Shown here piece by piece: positions 11,601 through 24,786 of a stretch of 64,000 nucleotides of DNA (its first letter is position 1; each line of letters begins with the position of its first letter). Both the position numbers and the translations under genes were made by a program. Under the pieces are notes generated by a model. It made no database searches, was not told where the DNA came from, and saw only the letters and a list, made by a program, of their open reading frames with translations. The stretch lies in the NCBI GenBank assembly GCA_030295235.1, contig AP026148.1, positions 620,001-684,000 on the forward strand, given 5' to 3'. Origin of the DNA: Fistulifera solaris. Taxonomy: Eukaryota.

Positions 11601-13930
11601 CCACTGTTTTCTCGTGAGTTGGATGCTTCCTCCGCCATTTTTGCTGCTTGTTGCTTTGCTTGCTCGACTTCTAATTTACGGCGTTCTGCATAAGTCATCT
11701 TTCGTTCTTCCTGGTGTTGCACGCGGTCTATTGTTTCTGCACGCTCCTCAAGTCCTTCCGGATTGACTTCGCTAGAATTATCGTCCGGTGTAGTTTCGTT
11801 TAACGCCATTTTCAATTGAACGCCAAGAAAGGCTGGTGGACTTGCACTGACTTCAGAATTGGAATTGGACAGAGGAGGATTGCCTATCCTAGACAGTACA
11901 GATTGCAGATGTGAATGCGTGGCTGATACTCCGCCTTCGGATCTCGTAGTTCCTTGATTGTTTCGTTCCGTGTGCTGAGTGAAATTGGACACTTTCTCTC
12001 TGGAAGAAAAGATCCGCTCCCGTTCTATCATCCACGACGGCTTTGCGCTTGACTCTTCCATAGAGTTTCCTTGTGAGTAATTTTCAGAACGATCGTAGCT
12101 CGATGGTCCAACGGAATTTTGATGATTGTCGTAATGTGGGCGACGGGGGGAGCCGTGGTCACTTTGCGATGAAGGCGGCCATGTTTTTCTTCGGAGGCGA
12201 CGGTGACCGTCTTAAATTTGCGTACGGACGATTGCTTGCACCGTGGTTGATGTACATTTGGCCTGTTTGGTTTGAACCCTTTGGTTGATTTTCTTCCCAC
12301 CGCACTCCTTCTGTGTGCTCTGTGCGCGACGTCTGAGCCTGCCTTATCTGCTCATCATCCTTCTTTTCTTCTAAAGTTGTTGCGGAAGTACTTTCCGTAA
12401 GATTATCCGAAATCGCGTCCTTTTTCCTTGTGTCAAATTTGTTAATTGTCACTAAATGGGGTGCCACTCCCGCATCCGATAATGGATTGATTTCCTCCGA
12501 GGCCTCCGACGCACGCTCATCGCTGTCGTAAAATTCCACATCTTGGTTACTCCGTGGAGAGGATACACTTTTCGAGCCCCGCATATCCTCCACTGCATGC
12601 ATCGAAACCGTCGTCCGTTTCATCGACTGGTTGAATTGCGGCAAAGTCGATTTGTTCGCTCGTTGCGCCGTAAATTGACGCTGCAATCTCCCTCGGAATC
12701 CTTCACCTTCACCGGAATGGTCGGGACGAATATTGGGATAATTCTTTCCGGGAGATCGATGAAAGCCGGCTTTTTCTTTGAATAGATTGACGGAAGGATT
12801 TTCTGCCAAATCATCGGTCAAGCTCGAACGCTCGGTACTGGTGGGAGAATGTCGGACGTGTATGGCATGACTGTGATAGTTATTCACGCGGATATCCGCA
12901 AAACCGTCCTCGGATGGATTTGGGTAGAGCTACGACTGGGAGAGTCCCAGCCGTGACTGTTGTCAAAAAAGGAATGTTCGGAAATGGCTAGATCGTTGAT
13001 GGCGTCACTGACTTCCTGATTGATTTGTTCCGCATCCAGACCGAAAGCATCAAAAGTAAAACCGCCATTCGTTTGTCTGTTATCGAACACATCGGAGCCA
13101 CTTTCGGACGAATTGACGGAACGGTTGGCCGATGTGTACGTATGTCGATGTTGGACGGAATAATTCGAGACACGGTCTGTTGGTTTTCTTGCGTGGCGCA
13201 GGGTTTGCGGACTCATCTCCATGGACGAGGACGAGTCTTCCGGTTGCCTCGTCGACCTCATTTGAGTCCTCATGCGTCGACGAGCCGCCGCGCCACCCGA
13301 TTCGACCGGTGATCGCTCCGGTGTAGATTGAGCAGTATTGTTATGGGCAAATTTCGCTTGCATGGAGGAATTGGCCGGCAAAGTCGTGAAGGATGGTGAT
13401 TCCTTTTTCGAGGGCCAGTTGGTACCGAACGCATCAAATTTATATTCCACTTCTTCTTGAATGGAGGGCGTGTTTTGACGAGCAGTTGTATTCTTTTGCG
13501 GCGTTCTCATGTTGGACGGAAATGGATCACCCGACGCATTCCCAAAAGCATCATCACCAAAGAAACTGCTACTCGAGGCGGAATGAAACGAATCATCACA
13601 CAAATTATGAAAGGGATCGGCCGTGTCTGCGAAAAAATTCCGTCGACTCGTCGCTGTCGTTTTGGGTTGGCTGAAATTCGCAAAGGCGGAACCAAAATCC
13701 GCAAACGTCGATGTTGATTGAATTGACATCGGACTGGAAACGTCGTTGATTTGCATCGCAATCCGTTTGGCGTGCTCACGCGTCCGAGCCGGATTTTGTT
13801 TCGTTTGTTCCGATGATGATCCGTATCTGATAAAGGCCATATCACGCCTTCGTCGCATACGATCCGCCGCTTGGGAGGAAAGTGATTTTCCTCGGCCGGA
13901 TTGTGATGCTTTTTCCGCGAACATGGACAT
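8654..13930 (-). CDS. Giant formin (~1750 aa): long disordered N-terminus, two WASHC3/CCDC53-C-like repeats, FH2 domain; about 4 frameshifts
   Basis: FH2 motifs RLHWNPL, SLWAKI, VIDPKRANNGGIVL, ILEFGNRLN, AGAFTIDSLLKL, TTFLEY, LLEYFGE. ORFs 12884..13930, 12159..12887, 11138..12061, 9021..11210 and 8654..9127 overlap in open frames and join by single indels. FH2 is certain; the full-length join is an inference. Confidence 0.8.
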
Positions 13931-14739
13931 GTTTTAATTTATTATTTTTTTATTTTTGACAAAAGTTTTGACGTGTGCGGGGGTAAACGATTTCTGTCAA
14001 ATGGAAGAATGGGCCTACACGAAAGAAGCTCCGAAAAATCCGCGATTTTTTTCCCTCGCAAACGCTGTCAAGCAATTCGTTTGTTGTTGATGGGAAAGGT
14101 ATATTTAATCGCTTGCGTTGCAATAGAACTACCGACTACCGACGCTCTTGGAGTCTTATTACTTATTACGTAGCATTATTGCGCGCCATGGAGAAAGAGA
14201 AAACGCCAGCTTTTTCGGTCCAGTAATCGTCACTCTGTACTATCATGGCGAAGTCCAAACGAGTGGCTGGCGTGACTATCAATTATTGTGTATCCCAGTG
14301 TTCATTAACGGAATTTGCTGTATCGTACTTAGGCCAGTGATCGTAAGTAAGAAAATGCGCGCGCCGGTCAGGTCGATCGCTGGTTCTTCGTTGGGTTTTG
14401 GCTATCCGAGCTCTACAAGGTACCGTACCGTACTACAAAGTACGTACTTTGTACTCTGCGAAACAAAAAGTACCTTCTAATTTGCGACGAAGGTCCAGGT
14501 TAACTGACGACAGCCGTACGGCAGTCATCTTTTCGTCATTCACCAACCTTCCAGTCTACGTAGCTCAAGCTATTCTAGCTGGAACAACCTACTACAAAGA
14601 GAGTTGAGTTTAAAAGCAAAAAAAGAAAAACGCTTCAGTATAGTTTTTTGATTAAAAGTATACACAGCCAGCTTGGCTCAATTGCGTCCGCACTATTGGC
14701 TGATCGCAAGCCGATAGCATCGGCTGCTCTACTTCGCCC

Positions 14740-15883
14740 TCAAATATTATGGAAATAATTCGGCAGGTCACTATCCCCGGGATGTGCATTCCACGCCGCT
14801 TCGCCACTCGGTGCGGTTCGACGATGCGCCGCCGCCGCTCGAAGTTCCTCGACTGTGGTCTGGACATGACTCGGCACTGAAACCGGAAGACTCATCCGGG
14901 CCTGTTCGTACGCCACTTCCCCTTCGGCCAGCAACAATTTGAATGGTGGGACTGCCGGATTGATGGATCGAAAATCTCGATACGTCAAACAGTCATACGC
15001 ACACGCCGCGGCTCCGTGTTCCGCCGACGTCTTCTTCTTGTACCAAATGAGACCTTGTTGATCCGAAAAGTCCAAATTGGCACCAAAGGGACGCGTGAGA
15101 AACAATTCACCGGTCAATGGGCAGACAAAACACGACGTCCATTGCAAGGCATGGGGCGGTCCTCCATCATGCCACGTGACAAAATCGGTCGCCGCAATCG
15201 TCCGCCGGCGTGGTTCTTTTCCGTACAAGGCATGCAGCGCGGCCTTGGGGACCTCGACCGTTTTGTAGGGGAATAAGGGGCGTGTTGGAAGATAAACGGG
15301 TTGTGTGGGTGGTTGTGGCGGTGGTGGCGGCGGCATTACGCGAGATGCTCCCTCATACGAGGATTGAAACGTAGTCACGGAAGTAGCACAACTCGCGGGC
15401 ACGGAATGAACAGGAGGATTGAACTGGGATGATAAAGAAGAAAGGAAAGAATCAAATGCTTCATTTGAAGAAGACTGTCCTGTAACTGAATGAGCCAGCG
15501 CAGTCCCCCAAGAAGCCGCAGCTTGTGCCGGACGAACGGCAACTGTTTGAACCGGCGGCGGCGGCGGAGGCATGGATGCTGCTGCTGATTGTTGCTGCTT
15601 TGGCGTATCTTGTAATGATTCAAGGTACAAATCAGGATTTTCCCACAAGGTAAATCCTGGCGGAGGAGCGGGAACGGACGCCGAGTTTTCTGGTGACGAC
15701 GGTATTCTTGTTTCCGCCGGAATATCTTCGGCAGCAGTCGATAAACGTGTTGCTGGAGGTTCCGGTTGTGACGACTGCGAAGATGAAGTAGATTGTGTTT
15801 GAATTGTAGCCGAAAAATCAATTTTCCATCCTTTGCTGCTGCCCAACTCGTCTTTTCGATTTTTTGTTTCCCCCAAAACTCAT
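14740..15883 (-). CDS. Pro/Ser-rich protein with C-terminal dsRNA-binding-domain-like fold (frameshift ~15823)
   Basis: Likely ATG 15883 (MSFGGNKKSKRR). Domain PKAALHALY...WTSCFVCP...YKKKTSAEHGAAACAYDCL resembles dsRBD helix 1 and the KKxAExxAA helix 2. Confidence 0.6.
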
Positions 15884-16470
15884 GTTTTCGATAGGGAAGG
15901 AAACAAGAGGTCTATTTTAGGTGTTTACGGCAACGAGAGACCGCGGCAGCGCGTCAAAGAATCAGCGCCGTAGCTCATAAGATGAAATTGTTGGCCTTTC
16001 CTTTACAATTCAGGAACCTTTACGAAAAAGACTTTTATCCGAACCTCTTTCATCTCTTTTTTTTTGTGTGAAAAGAAATGGGGGCGGAGGAGACGCGAAG
16101 TGTCGCTTGTGTCTTTGTATGTCAATCCAGGATACTCTTCAGTCCCGGACGTACCTCTTAACGTACTAAGTACAAAGTACATGTACTACTACTTTAATTC
16201 GCACACTAATTTTGTCGCAGAGAGACAAAAGGAAGCAGATAGTAGTACCAGTAAAAATACACACCCCACACCCCACACTCGTCTCGTCTCGTCTCGTCTA
16301 TTTTCGATGATGCGCTTTCGACACAATAAAATTTGTATTGCTTATACATTTCTATCTGCTTCAAGTTGGAATCATTTTTCAAGTCTAAGATAAAACTAGG
16401 ATGATTTAGAGAATCGTGAAACAAGCATCACTTGAAAAATAGTTCCGGAAACTCATAGCAACTAAAAATA

Positions 16471-19124
16471 ATGACGGAAACCTCATCATCGCCTCCGACG
16501 AAAACTTGGATGTCACCCCCATTTTGGCGATCGACCATCGTCAAACCCGCAGCAACCTCATCATCAAATCATCATCCCGCCAAAGCAGATCATCGCCGCC
16601 GCCGTAGTTTACCGCTTCGTCGGGCCGACTTTGAGGCAATTTTCCAAAATCCGTACAGTTCGGTGCGAGGACTCAATTATCAACAACCCTCGTCGTTGAC
16701 GGCGGTCCGCAATCTACTTTCTGTTGTAGCACCAGACGAGGAAGATGCCATGGCAAATACGGGAGATGATGACGAATCATCATCATCAGAAAACGACTCT
16801 GCGCACGATCTCTATTTTCTCGAAGACGTCACCGAAAGTGCTCCCCTCATGGAAAAAATCAGTCGTTCGCGATCAGATGAACGAGTCACCAGTTTGGGTA
16901 CCCTGAAAGGAGGCACTTCGATGACTCCAACTGCCACGGCTTCGCAATTGGCGGAAGGGACGCTTCGGGCTTTGCGCGATTTGGCGTTGGATGAGGCGGT
17001 CGCACTCAATGCGGCGTTGCATTACTGGACACGGCGATGGGAACGGCCCTTTTTGGGGTGGCTGGAAGCGGGACCCTTGGGTGAGTCTTGCGTATAAATC
17101 GTGAAGCATGTACTCTTGTGGTAGGCTCAATGGATATGCGCATTTGTTTTTATTTCTAGTTTGGTTCTCTAGACAAGGCTACCGCCACGAGCTTTTGGGG
17201 GAGAAAGTCTCGCATCTACAAGCAGTACTAGTTCGTCGATGTTCCGCTATTGGTGAGTTGCAACAACATTTGCTTCGTTCCGGTCTACAAGAGGGTGTGG
17301 CACAGTGGGGATTTTTGGGACTGGGTGGTCAATGGGCGGCGGTTGCTGGTGCCCACATGGACGGACAAACCGAAATCAAAGACTATCCACGATACGGAAG
17401 TGCGGCCATGGTATCGGAAGAAAACAAAACTTGTCTCCGCACTGGCGTGCATCGTACTGTGAGAAAACTCCACAGTCGTCGATTCCTGCGACGCAATTTA
17501 GCTTTGGTGATGTAAGTGACAATCTACCGTATCGGACGAATCTGTCGGTTCAAAAGAATCCGGGAGGTGGCATAGTAGTCGACAATCCGGGTCGTCTCGC
17601 TGCGTGGTCCGTCGATGCAATTTATTTGATTCGACGGTATCTCTATAGATGCGGCTTTGGCATGGTGGCACTACCCTATGAAGCTCATTGGACACGTGGA
17701 AAGAATGGCCTGCCGATCTGGGCTTCTGATTTGTCAGATGGTGAACCAGACGCGACACATCGAAGGTCAGACAGCGGAATTTTGTCTGAAGAAAGAGAAA
17801 GCGCTCTTTCAATTGTCAATGTCCCCGCATTAATATCGGAGGTCGAGGGCATCACCGACATAATGGAAGGTGTTATGCAGATACAGCGAAAGCGAAGACT
17901 CGAAGTGCTGAAACCTCCTGGATGGTTTAGTCGAAATTGGTACCTAGTTGCTACTTCTGTGCCGCTGTTTGGTTCTATGGCGATATGGCTCGTTCGGAAT
18001 GACCGTGGGCGTACTTTGTTTCGGTCATTGAAACACAGCATGTCGTCCTTTTTCAAAGAAAGACTAAAAGATCCAATCGTAGCCATGTATGTCACTTCAC
18101 TACTCTATTGCGCCACAAATTTGAGCGCCATCTCACTTTTATACGTTATTCTACAAAATTCGAAGTTTCAGCGAAGTTTGGAAAGGGCGTGACAGCTTCA
18201 GCGACGCAAAGGCTCGAACGGAAACGATTGCAGTTTTGAAAAAATGATTCGAAGCTGGCTTGACGATTACTATCCAGAAATGTCTAAGAAGCAGCGAGAG
18301 CGTATGGCGGATGCAATGGATGTTTCACTGATCGAAAACAAGAAAGAAGAAAGTATGAAAACTTTTTACGAGATTAACAACGTGATTCGAATGAGTTTCA
18401 TTGAAATGCAATACATGAAAAAGGTTGGTGAATGATTGAAAAGTGACCACAGCTTTGCGGCATCGGTCTCACTTGCGATTGATCGTGTATCGTGTCTCTT
18501 ATCTTCTCATAGGAAATGATGAATGCATTACAAGCCATGGACGAAATGATGAGTGCGAACGATATCAATATCAACATCGCAGCAATCACTCCCGCTGCCA
18601 TCTTGGCTTATGGAGGGTCTCGCATATTTAAGTACCTGCTGTACGCTGTTTTGAAGCTAGGAAAAAGCAGAGAGGAAATTTTCGGGTCCTTTCGGAAAAT
18701 CTTAACCGACATCGAGCGACTCTTAGTGATGAGAGACAACCAGCCCACAACGTACAGCGGAACAGTGAAACCTGGGCAAACTCAGCTAGGACCGGACGAT
18801 CTTGGGATGCTTATGCTACTCATTCACGAATGTCGCACGTTAATGTGGCAGAATCCTAGACGATTTTCGTTATACATAGTGAGCGTATCCGAAGATCTCG
18901 CGGAACTTGCTGGAGAACGAGGTACGGAGATTTTTGTGATGATGGCTAAACTCTGAGCAAAGCTCATCAGGTACACCTAACGCGGTTCGTGGTTTTGCTT
19001 CACAGGGCCAGTGAGTGTTCACCAGCAACTACTTATCATCACTCGTATGTGTCGCACATACCCATTCCTTAAAGTCCTTAGCACAGGCCACTCATTCCAG
19101 CTTGGGGGTACAGGTTCTTCTTGA
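16471..19124 (+). CDS. NCA2/DGS1-like mitochondrial outer-membrane protein; 5 exons, plus indels
   Basis: WFSRNW + TM, FFKERLKDPI, KKEMMNALQAMDEMMSANDININIAAITPA. GT-AG introns ~17081-17159, ~18087-18171, 18424-18512, 18922-19005; stop TGA 19122-19124. Confidence 0.75.
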
Positions 19125-19314
19125 TAACACTGCTACCGAAGGAAGCGTTGGCAACAGCCGATGAGGTCGTAGAGCATCTTGTAAAAGACGTTTTTTTAGC
19201 AAAAAGTTAGACTTCAATGATTAATTAAGTGAAACCGGCGATCTAATAACATGTCGGTTTCCTCACGTAATAATACGGACACAAAGCATGCCATAATTTG
19301 AGAGCACGAGTGAA

Positions 19315-20316
19315 CTAACGCCAATTGCGACGCCGATCCGGTCCCTGCGAGCGATCAAAGTAGGGAGGACCTCCGTGCGGGGGTGGGCCGTTTGGATCGT
19401 GAGAATCTCTAGAATTGAATGGCCGATCATAGCCATTGCTACGAGGATCACTTCGGTGATCCACGCCTTGGCTACGATCTTCCGTTGTCACCTGTTTGAA
19501 TCGTCCATTACCAACCGCCGGATCTTCCACTCCCCACCATCGCAACGAATGCTCTTTCATTCCACTGGGAAGCTCCTCGGGGAAGATGGGAGGACGAGGT
19601 TGCAATAGGATCTCACCCTTTTCATTGAGGTCAAAGAAGTCGAGACCACCGACGTCATCGGACCGCAAAAAACTTCCCGAAAGATCTATTCGATTGGTAG
19701 TCGACGGTATGAAGGCAAAGTGAATATCTTGAGAGTAGTGCTCACATAATGACCCCAGATTTTGCAATATATGTTTTTGCGCCTCTTTGCTTTCCATAAT
19801 GGGGTGATGAGTAGGATGCTGTTGACTCGTTAATAGGGGAGCCGTGTGTTGGATCGCATCTTGAGGACCTATTTGTTTCCATGAATTCGACAGTGCCTTG
19901 TTCCCCATGTTGCGCGAATCGCTTTGCTCGCGCCGCCCATCCGCCGATGGCTCATGACTACGCTGTGAAGACGTCGTGGTAGTATTTGTAGTAGTGCTAG
20001 GCGGCTGGGGCGGCGATGATAAATCTGACATTAAGTGTTTTCTATTCCGTATATTCTGGGTTATGTTGTTGTTAGACGCATGATTCGCTGTTTCGGAGAA
20101 TTGACTATCGGCAAGGCTAACGACTTCATCACTATAGTGCAAGTCGTCGCGGACCGTTGTATCAGTCGGTCGTTTTCGTTTGCTTGTTTCACCCCCTCCT
20201 CCACCTCGGATTGACTTTATTGATATTGTTGATTCATATGTAACACCTGAACTGTTGTGTCGTATCGAGTACGCTTCGTCATCTTTAGATATTGATTGAC
20301 CATTTTGGTTCGACAT
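19315..20316 (-). CDS. Hypothetical, largely disordered protein
   Basis: Long intact ORF with a compact block LQPRPPIFPEELP...HSLRWWG and an R/D/G/P-rich tail. Confidence 0.6.
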   Translation of the reverse strand: MSNQNGQSISKDDEAYSIRHNSSGVTYESTISIKSIRGGGGGETSKRKRPTDTTVRDDLHYSDEVVSLADSQFSETANHASNNNITQNIRNRKHLMSDLSSPPQPPSTTTNTTTTSSQRSHEPSADGRREQSDSRNMGNKALSNSWKQIGPQDAIQHTAPLLTSQQHPTHHPIMESKEAQKHILQNLGSLCEHYSQDIHFAFIPSTTNRIDLSGSFLRSDDVGGLDFFDLNEKGEILLQPRPPIFPEELPSGMKEHSLRWWGVEDPAVGNGRFKQVTTEDRSQGVDHRSDPRSNGYDRPFNSRDSHDPNGPPPHGGPPYFDRSQGPDRRRNWR

Positions 20317-21030
20317 GATTTTTTTGGGCCGAAAACCGGAGCTCACGTTTCGACGACAATCTGTTTATGCTCAAAAGGGATAGCACACCTTTCAACCAAG
20401 CTCACCGCTAGTTGATTTAAAAATCAAAAGAAATGTCGAAACTGTTGATCTTATTTGAGTCTTTAGGAAGGAAAGGCTCTTGGTCATGACTGTGTCCATG
20501 AATAAAAACACACCATCGCTTCTTTTTTCCTGCTCCGTTCGTCGAGATGACGGTTGGGAGGTCAGACGACAAGTGATTCATGACTAGCTAGAGTCACGAG
20601 GTACTCTTTCTTGTTTGATTCCATGGTCCTCCTCAAACCGCCATAGAATGATTGGAAACGGCAACGAATCAGTCCAAAAAGCCAATGCATGGGGAAGTGT
20701 ATGATTAAATGCAATGGTGTTCTCAGCATCGTAACTATCTATCAGCAGTATTCGAACTGTCGAGAGACGAAAACAAGACCTTTCGGGGTCGCACCATTGC
20801 TTGTTTCGCTATTGGCTGAATCCTAAAAAAGTCCACCAGCTTGGAATGGTTGCGTCAACATTCTGTCAATGAATGTGTATGGAGTGAAGGAATCGTGAAG
20901 AGGGATGCGATTCACACAAACAAGCATTTTTACTACGTCTATGGATTTGTGACTCATGATTGGAATCCAGTCGTGGAACGCCTACACTTGAAGCCATAGC
21001 TAAATTTGAACCTCATTTTCTACGAGAACA

Positions 21031-22374
21031 ATGATGACGGAAAGTTATTCTGCAATTAATGGAGACATCGCAATTGTAGCCATTTTGTCATTTCTTTCTA
21101 TGAATATGAAGATGTTTTCATTATCAAGGACACTGCTGATCATCGTCATGGCTTTCCTACATTCGGTAGACTCGTTCCGCACCTCCATTGGATCACTTTG
21201 TCACAAGCAATTCCCTTTAACGAGAAGCGATCGCCGCAATGTTCATTTATCCGGAAGAACAGCCTTGCAGAGTTCCTTTCGTTCTTCTACTACAAAACCT
21301 TTAATAAGACCACCGAATCCACAAAATCTTCTTTCATCGCAACAAATACAGGAACACGCGGATCAACTGGCAGAATGGATGCACGCTCATCGACAAATTG
21401 TGGTGATTACAGGGGCGGGCTTGTCGACCGAATCGGGGATCCCCGATTATCGCGGGCACACCGGAAGCTATCACGAAGGTCATAAACCCGTATTGCACGA
21501 TCAGTTTCTTTCTAGTGATCATAATCGGCAGCGTTATTGGGGTCGAAGTATGGTACGCGGTGTGTGTTTTCCTCGGTCCTCATTTCATGTACTTGACTCA
21601 CTGGCTGCTGGTTCCATTTCAAAAGTTCGGATGGGACAAATTCATCAATCGACAACCCAACAAAGGTCACAGAGCGTTAGCGTTACTAGAACAGCACGGA
21701 AGAGTTGGTGTCACAATTCCGGATAAGCTCGAGTATCACGAAACGGAAGAGAATTTTTATTTTGGCAATTCCCTGCAATCCTTGGCCATTATTACACAAA
21801 ATGTCGATCGATTGCATCACAAAGCCGGATCACGCGATGTGATTGAACTACACGGACGATCTGATCGAGTCGTTTGCATGCACTGTGGGGCGTATCATGA
21901 CCGCAACGAGTACCAACAACGGTTACAAGCACTCAATCGGGAATGGTTCGAACAGCAAGAACTGCAACAACATTCTCTGCGTCCCGACGGAGATGCCGAA
22001 CTCCGTACTTCCGATTATCATTCCGTCCTGATTCCACCGTGTCCCACGTGTCAAACTGGATTTGTCAAACCGGATGTGGTCTTTTTGGCGATTCGGTACC
22101 GAAGCAACGAGTGGAGTTGTGTCGGGACGCGGTCGCCGCGGCCGATGCTGTATTGGTGGTCGGAACCTCCCTTGCGGTGTATTCGGCCCACCGTCACGTC
22201 CTAGCCGCACATCAGGCTGGAAAAGGGATTGCCATTCTAAATGTGGGTCCGACGCGCGCGGATGCTTTGGAGGGAGTTGTGTCGATTGTGGCGCCGGCGG
22301 GCCCGACGCTCGTGGCCGTGGCAGAACAGCTGGTGCCCCCCTCCATGACGACTCTTGCCACAACGACACTGTAG
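21031..22374 (+). CDS. NAD-dependent deacylase, sirtuin class II (SIRT4-like); intron 21553-21625, frameshift ~22083
   Basis: TGAGLSTESGIPDYRG, RQRYWGRS, ITQNVDRLH, ELHG, two CxxC, RPDGDAEL, KPDVVF(F)GDSVP, VVGTSL, LNVGPTRAD. The start may be the downstream Met at ~21100. Confidence 0.9.
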
Positions 22375-22469
22375 ATCGCTCAATCAATTTCAGTTTTGAA
22401 CATCTTGCAAAATTCCTACATGGTGAGTGAATATCAACAATAATAGAAATATCTAAGTGTTATTTTTCT

Positions 22470-24178
22470 TTATTGATATTGACCTTGCGCAATGACATCG
22501 TCGATCTTCAGAATCATTTTCACGACTTGCGCGGCAAGTTGAATCTGCTGTTGCTTGCCGATCAACGTTTCAAAAACGCCAACTTCACGCATATCCACAG
22601 CATGGCCATTGCGGGGAGCTTCGACACTGGAAACGCCGATTCCAATATACGGATTGTTCTCTGCCACTTGCTTTGCCTTGGCTGCAGCGACTTCCTCAAT
22701 GGGTCGATAACCTGCGTTCTCAGCGAGCGCCAAAGGAATGTCTTCCAAGGCATCCGCAAAGGCACGCACCGCGTACTGATCCACACCCGTGACAGTATCG
22801 GCATACTGTTCCACCGCCAAGGCACAGGCCAATTCCGCCGAACCACCGCCGTAGACCACTCGATTGTCGCGAATCAAATTTCGTACGACGCACATGGCGT
22901 CATGCAAAGATCGCTTGCCTTCTTCCACCACCATGTGACTTCCCCCACGGCACAGTACCGTGACTGCCGAAGTGTGCATCGGGTGTTCAATCATGAGCAT
23001 GCGCTCGTTGCCCATCTGCACTTCCCGAACGGTTTGGGCGGTGCCCAACTTTTCGGCACTGACTTGTTCAAATCGCGGGACGATTCTCCCACCCGTGACC
23101 ATGGCAATGTGTTCGATTTCAACACCACCGACCCAACGAACGGCCGGAAGATCATTCTGCAAAAGTAAATGGTTCGCTTCATCATCGAATCCCCACTGGC
23201 AAATGACTAAATTCGCTCCTGTGTCCTTAACTGCCTTAACCATATTTCGAAAGTACGATTGCTCGTGATTGTATAGTTCTTCATACGCTTCCGGACTCGT
23301 AATATCCAATTTATGCTTCGTTTTGGGCTTGGGTGGTTCAAACGGACACGTGAGGATGCAAATTTTGGCATCATGAATGACTTTGGGCATTTGCGGATGA
23401 GATATTTCCTTATCAATGACAATACCCGACACCAATTCAGTGTCTTCCAAACTACCTCCCGTTTTGCCTTCGACACGAATGCGTTCAAAGTTGACATCCC
23501 GACGCTCTAAATCTGCGACACGCAAGACGGCCGAAACAGCGATTTCGGCCATTTTGTTCTTGTGCGATTGCAAAATCTTACTACTCAACGTCGTTTGTGC
23601 GGTCGTTTTGAGTGCTTGATGATCGTTGGCTTGAATGTCCATCGTTTCGGCAATACTTCCCAAAGTTTGAATCGCTACACTGGCCGCCTTTTCAAAGCCT
23701 TCCGCAATACGGACCGGATGAATTCCCTTTTTCAACAAATTCTCCGCCTGCTCTAAGAGAGCTCCCGCCAATACGACGACACCCGTCGTACCGTCCCCTA
23801 ATTTCATCATCTTGCGATTGACTCAATTCGACCATGAGCTTCGCGACCGGATGATCGATTTGCAATTGTTCTAGAATCGTGGCACCATCGTTGGTGATGG
23901 AAACATCTCCATCGGGACTCACAAGCATCTTATCGAGTCCTTTCGGACCCAAGGATGTCCGCAACAGCGTCGAAATACTGCGAGCTGCCAAAATGTTGCT
24001 CCGGACCGCTTCGTCGCCCTTGACGCGAGCTTTGGCCTGTTGCTCCTTTAATATAATAAAGGGGCGGCCGTATTCATCTGGATAAATGAGCAAAAATGAG
24101 TGCGATGTTTCTGTAACATCGTCGCGCAAGAAAAAAGATGCCAGAGGACATCATTTACTTACCATAGACCATGGACAT
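22470..24178 (-). CDS. CCT5: T-complex protein 1 subunit epsilon; 16-nt first coding exon (24163-24178), intron 24078-24162, frameshift ~23800
   Basis: [82 protein letters not shown]. Confidence 0.95.
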
Positions 24179-24786
24179 TTTGAGAGAAAATACTAATTGA
24201 TTGAAAGATGATAAAGAGGCTCCTGATGATGATCCTATTTTCAGCAAGTCAACCTATGAACTTTCAAAAATCTAGATGAATTAAGGGAGTGCAAAGAGAA
24301 TATTGAAGGCAAGTAAATCAAATGAATACAATCAAATGAATAAGATCTCCAACAGAGTAGTTCCAGGTACTCGTAGTGCAAGAACAAAAAAGTAAACCAA
24401 AAAAATGGGCTGGATCGATATCCTTGCACGAGTGCATGACGGACCAAGTCGTTGGTACGACGACGACCGACCACCAGACTGCCACTTGGTGAAATCGTTT
24501 AGGGAATACTCATAACCTCGCGCGGATCCGATGACGTTGAGTACCGGGAGATTCCTTTCTCAGCAGAAGAGTACTCCAGGCGTTATCGGACAGTTGAAGA
24601 AGACACTCGAAATCCGCCTTCCAATTATTTTCAACAACAACAACAACAAGAATGGAAACCAATCAAGGATCAACTGGATCATTCGAATCAATTACTTGTA
24701 CTTGCGACAATCTTCGAGTATCACCTCAACAACCCTCTCCAAGTTAATCGATCTAAATAAAGAAGAAAAATAGAGGCACAAACCTT

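Noticed and set aside
22473..23168. Long antisense ORFs opposite CCT5 and other conserved genes (e.g. 787..1299, 46958..47749, 49129..49575)
   Set aside because: Shadow ORFs from codon bias; no recognisable motifs.
23790..23810. Programmed frameshifting or pseudogenisation of CCT5 and others
   Set aside because: No consistent slippery motif, and an essential gene is affected; sequencing error is simpler.
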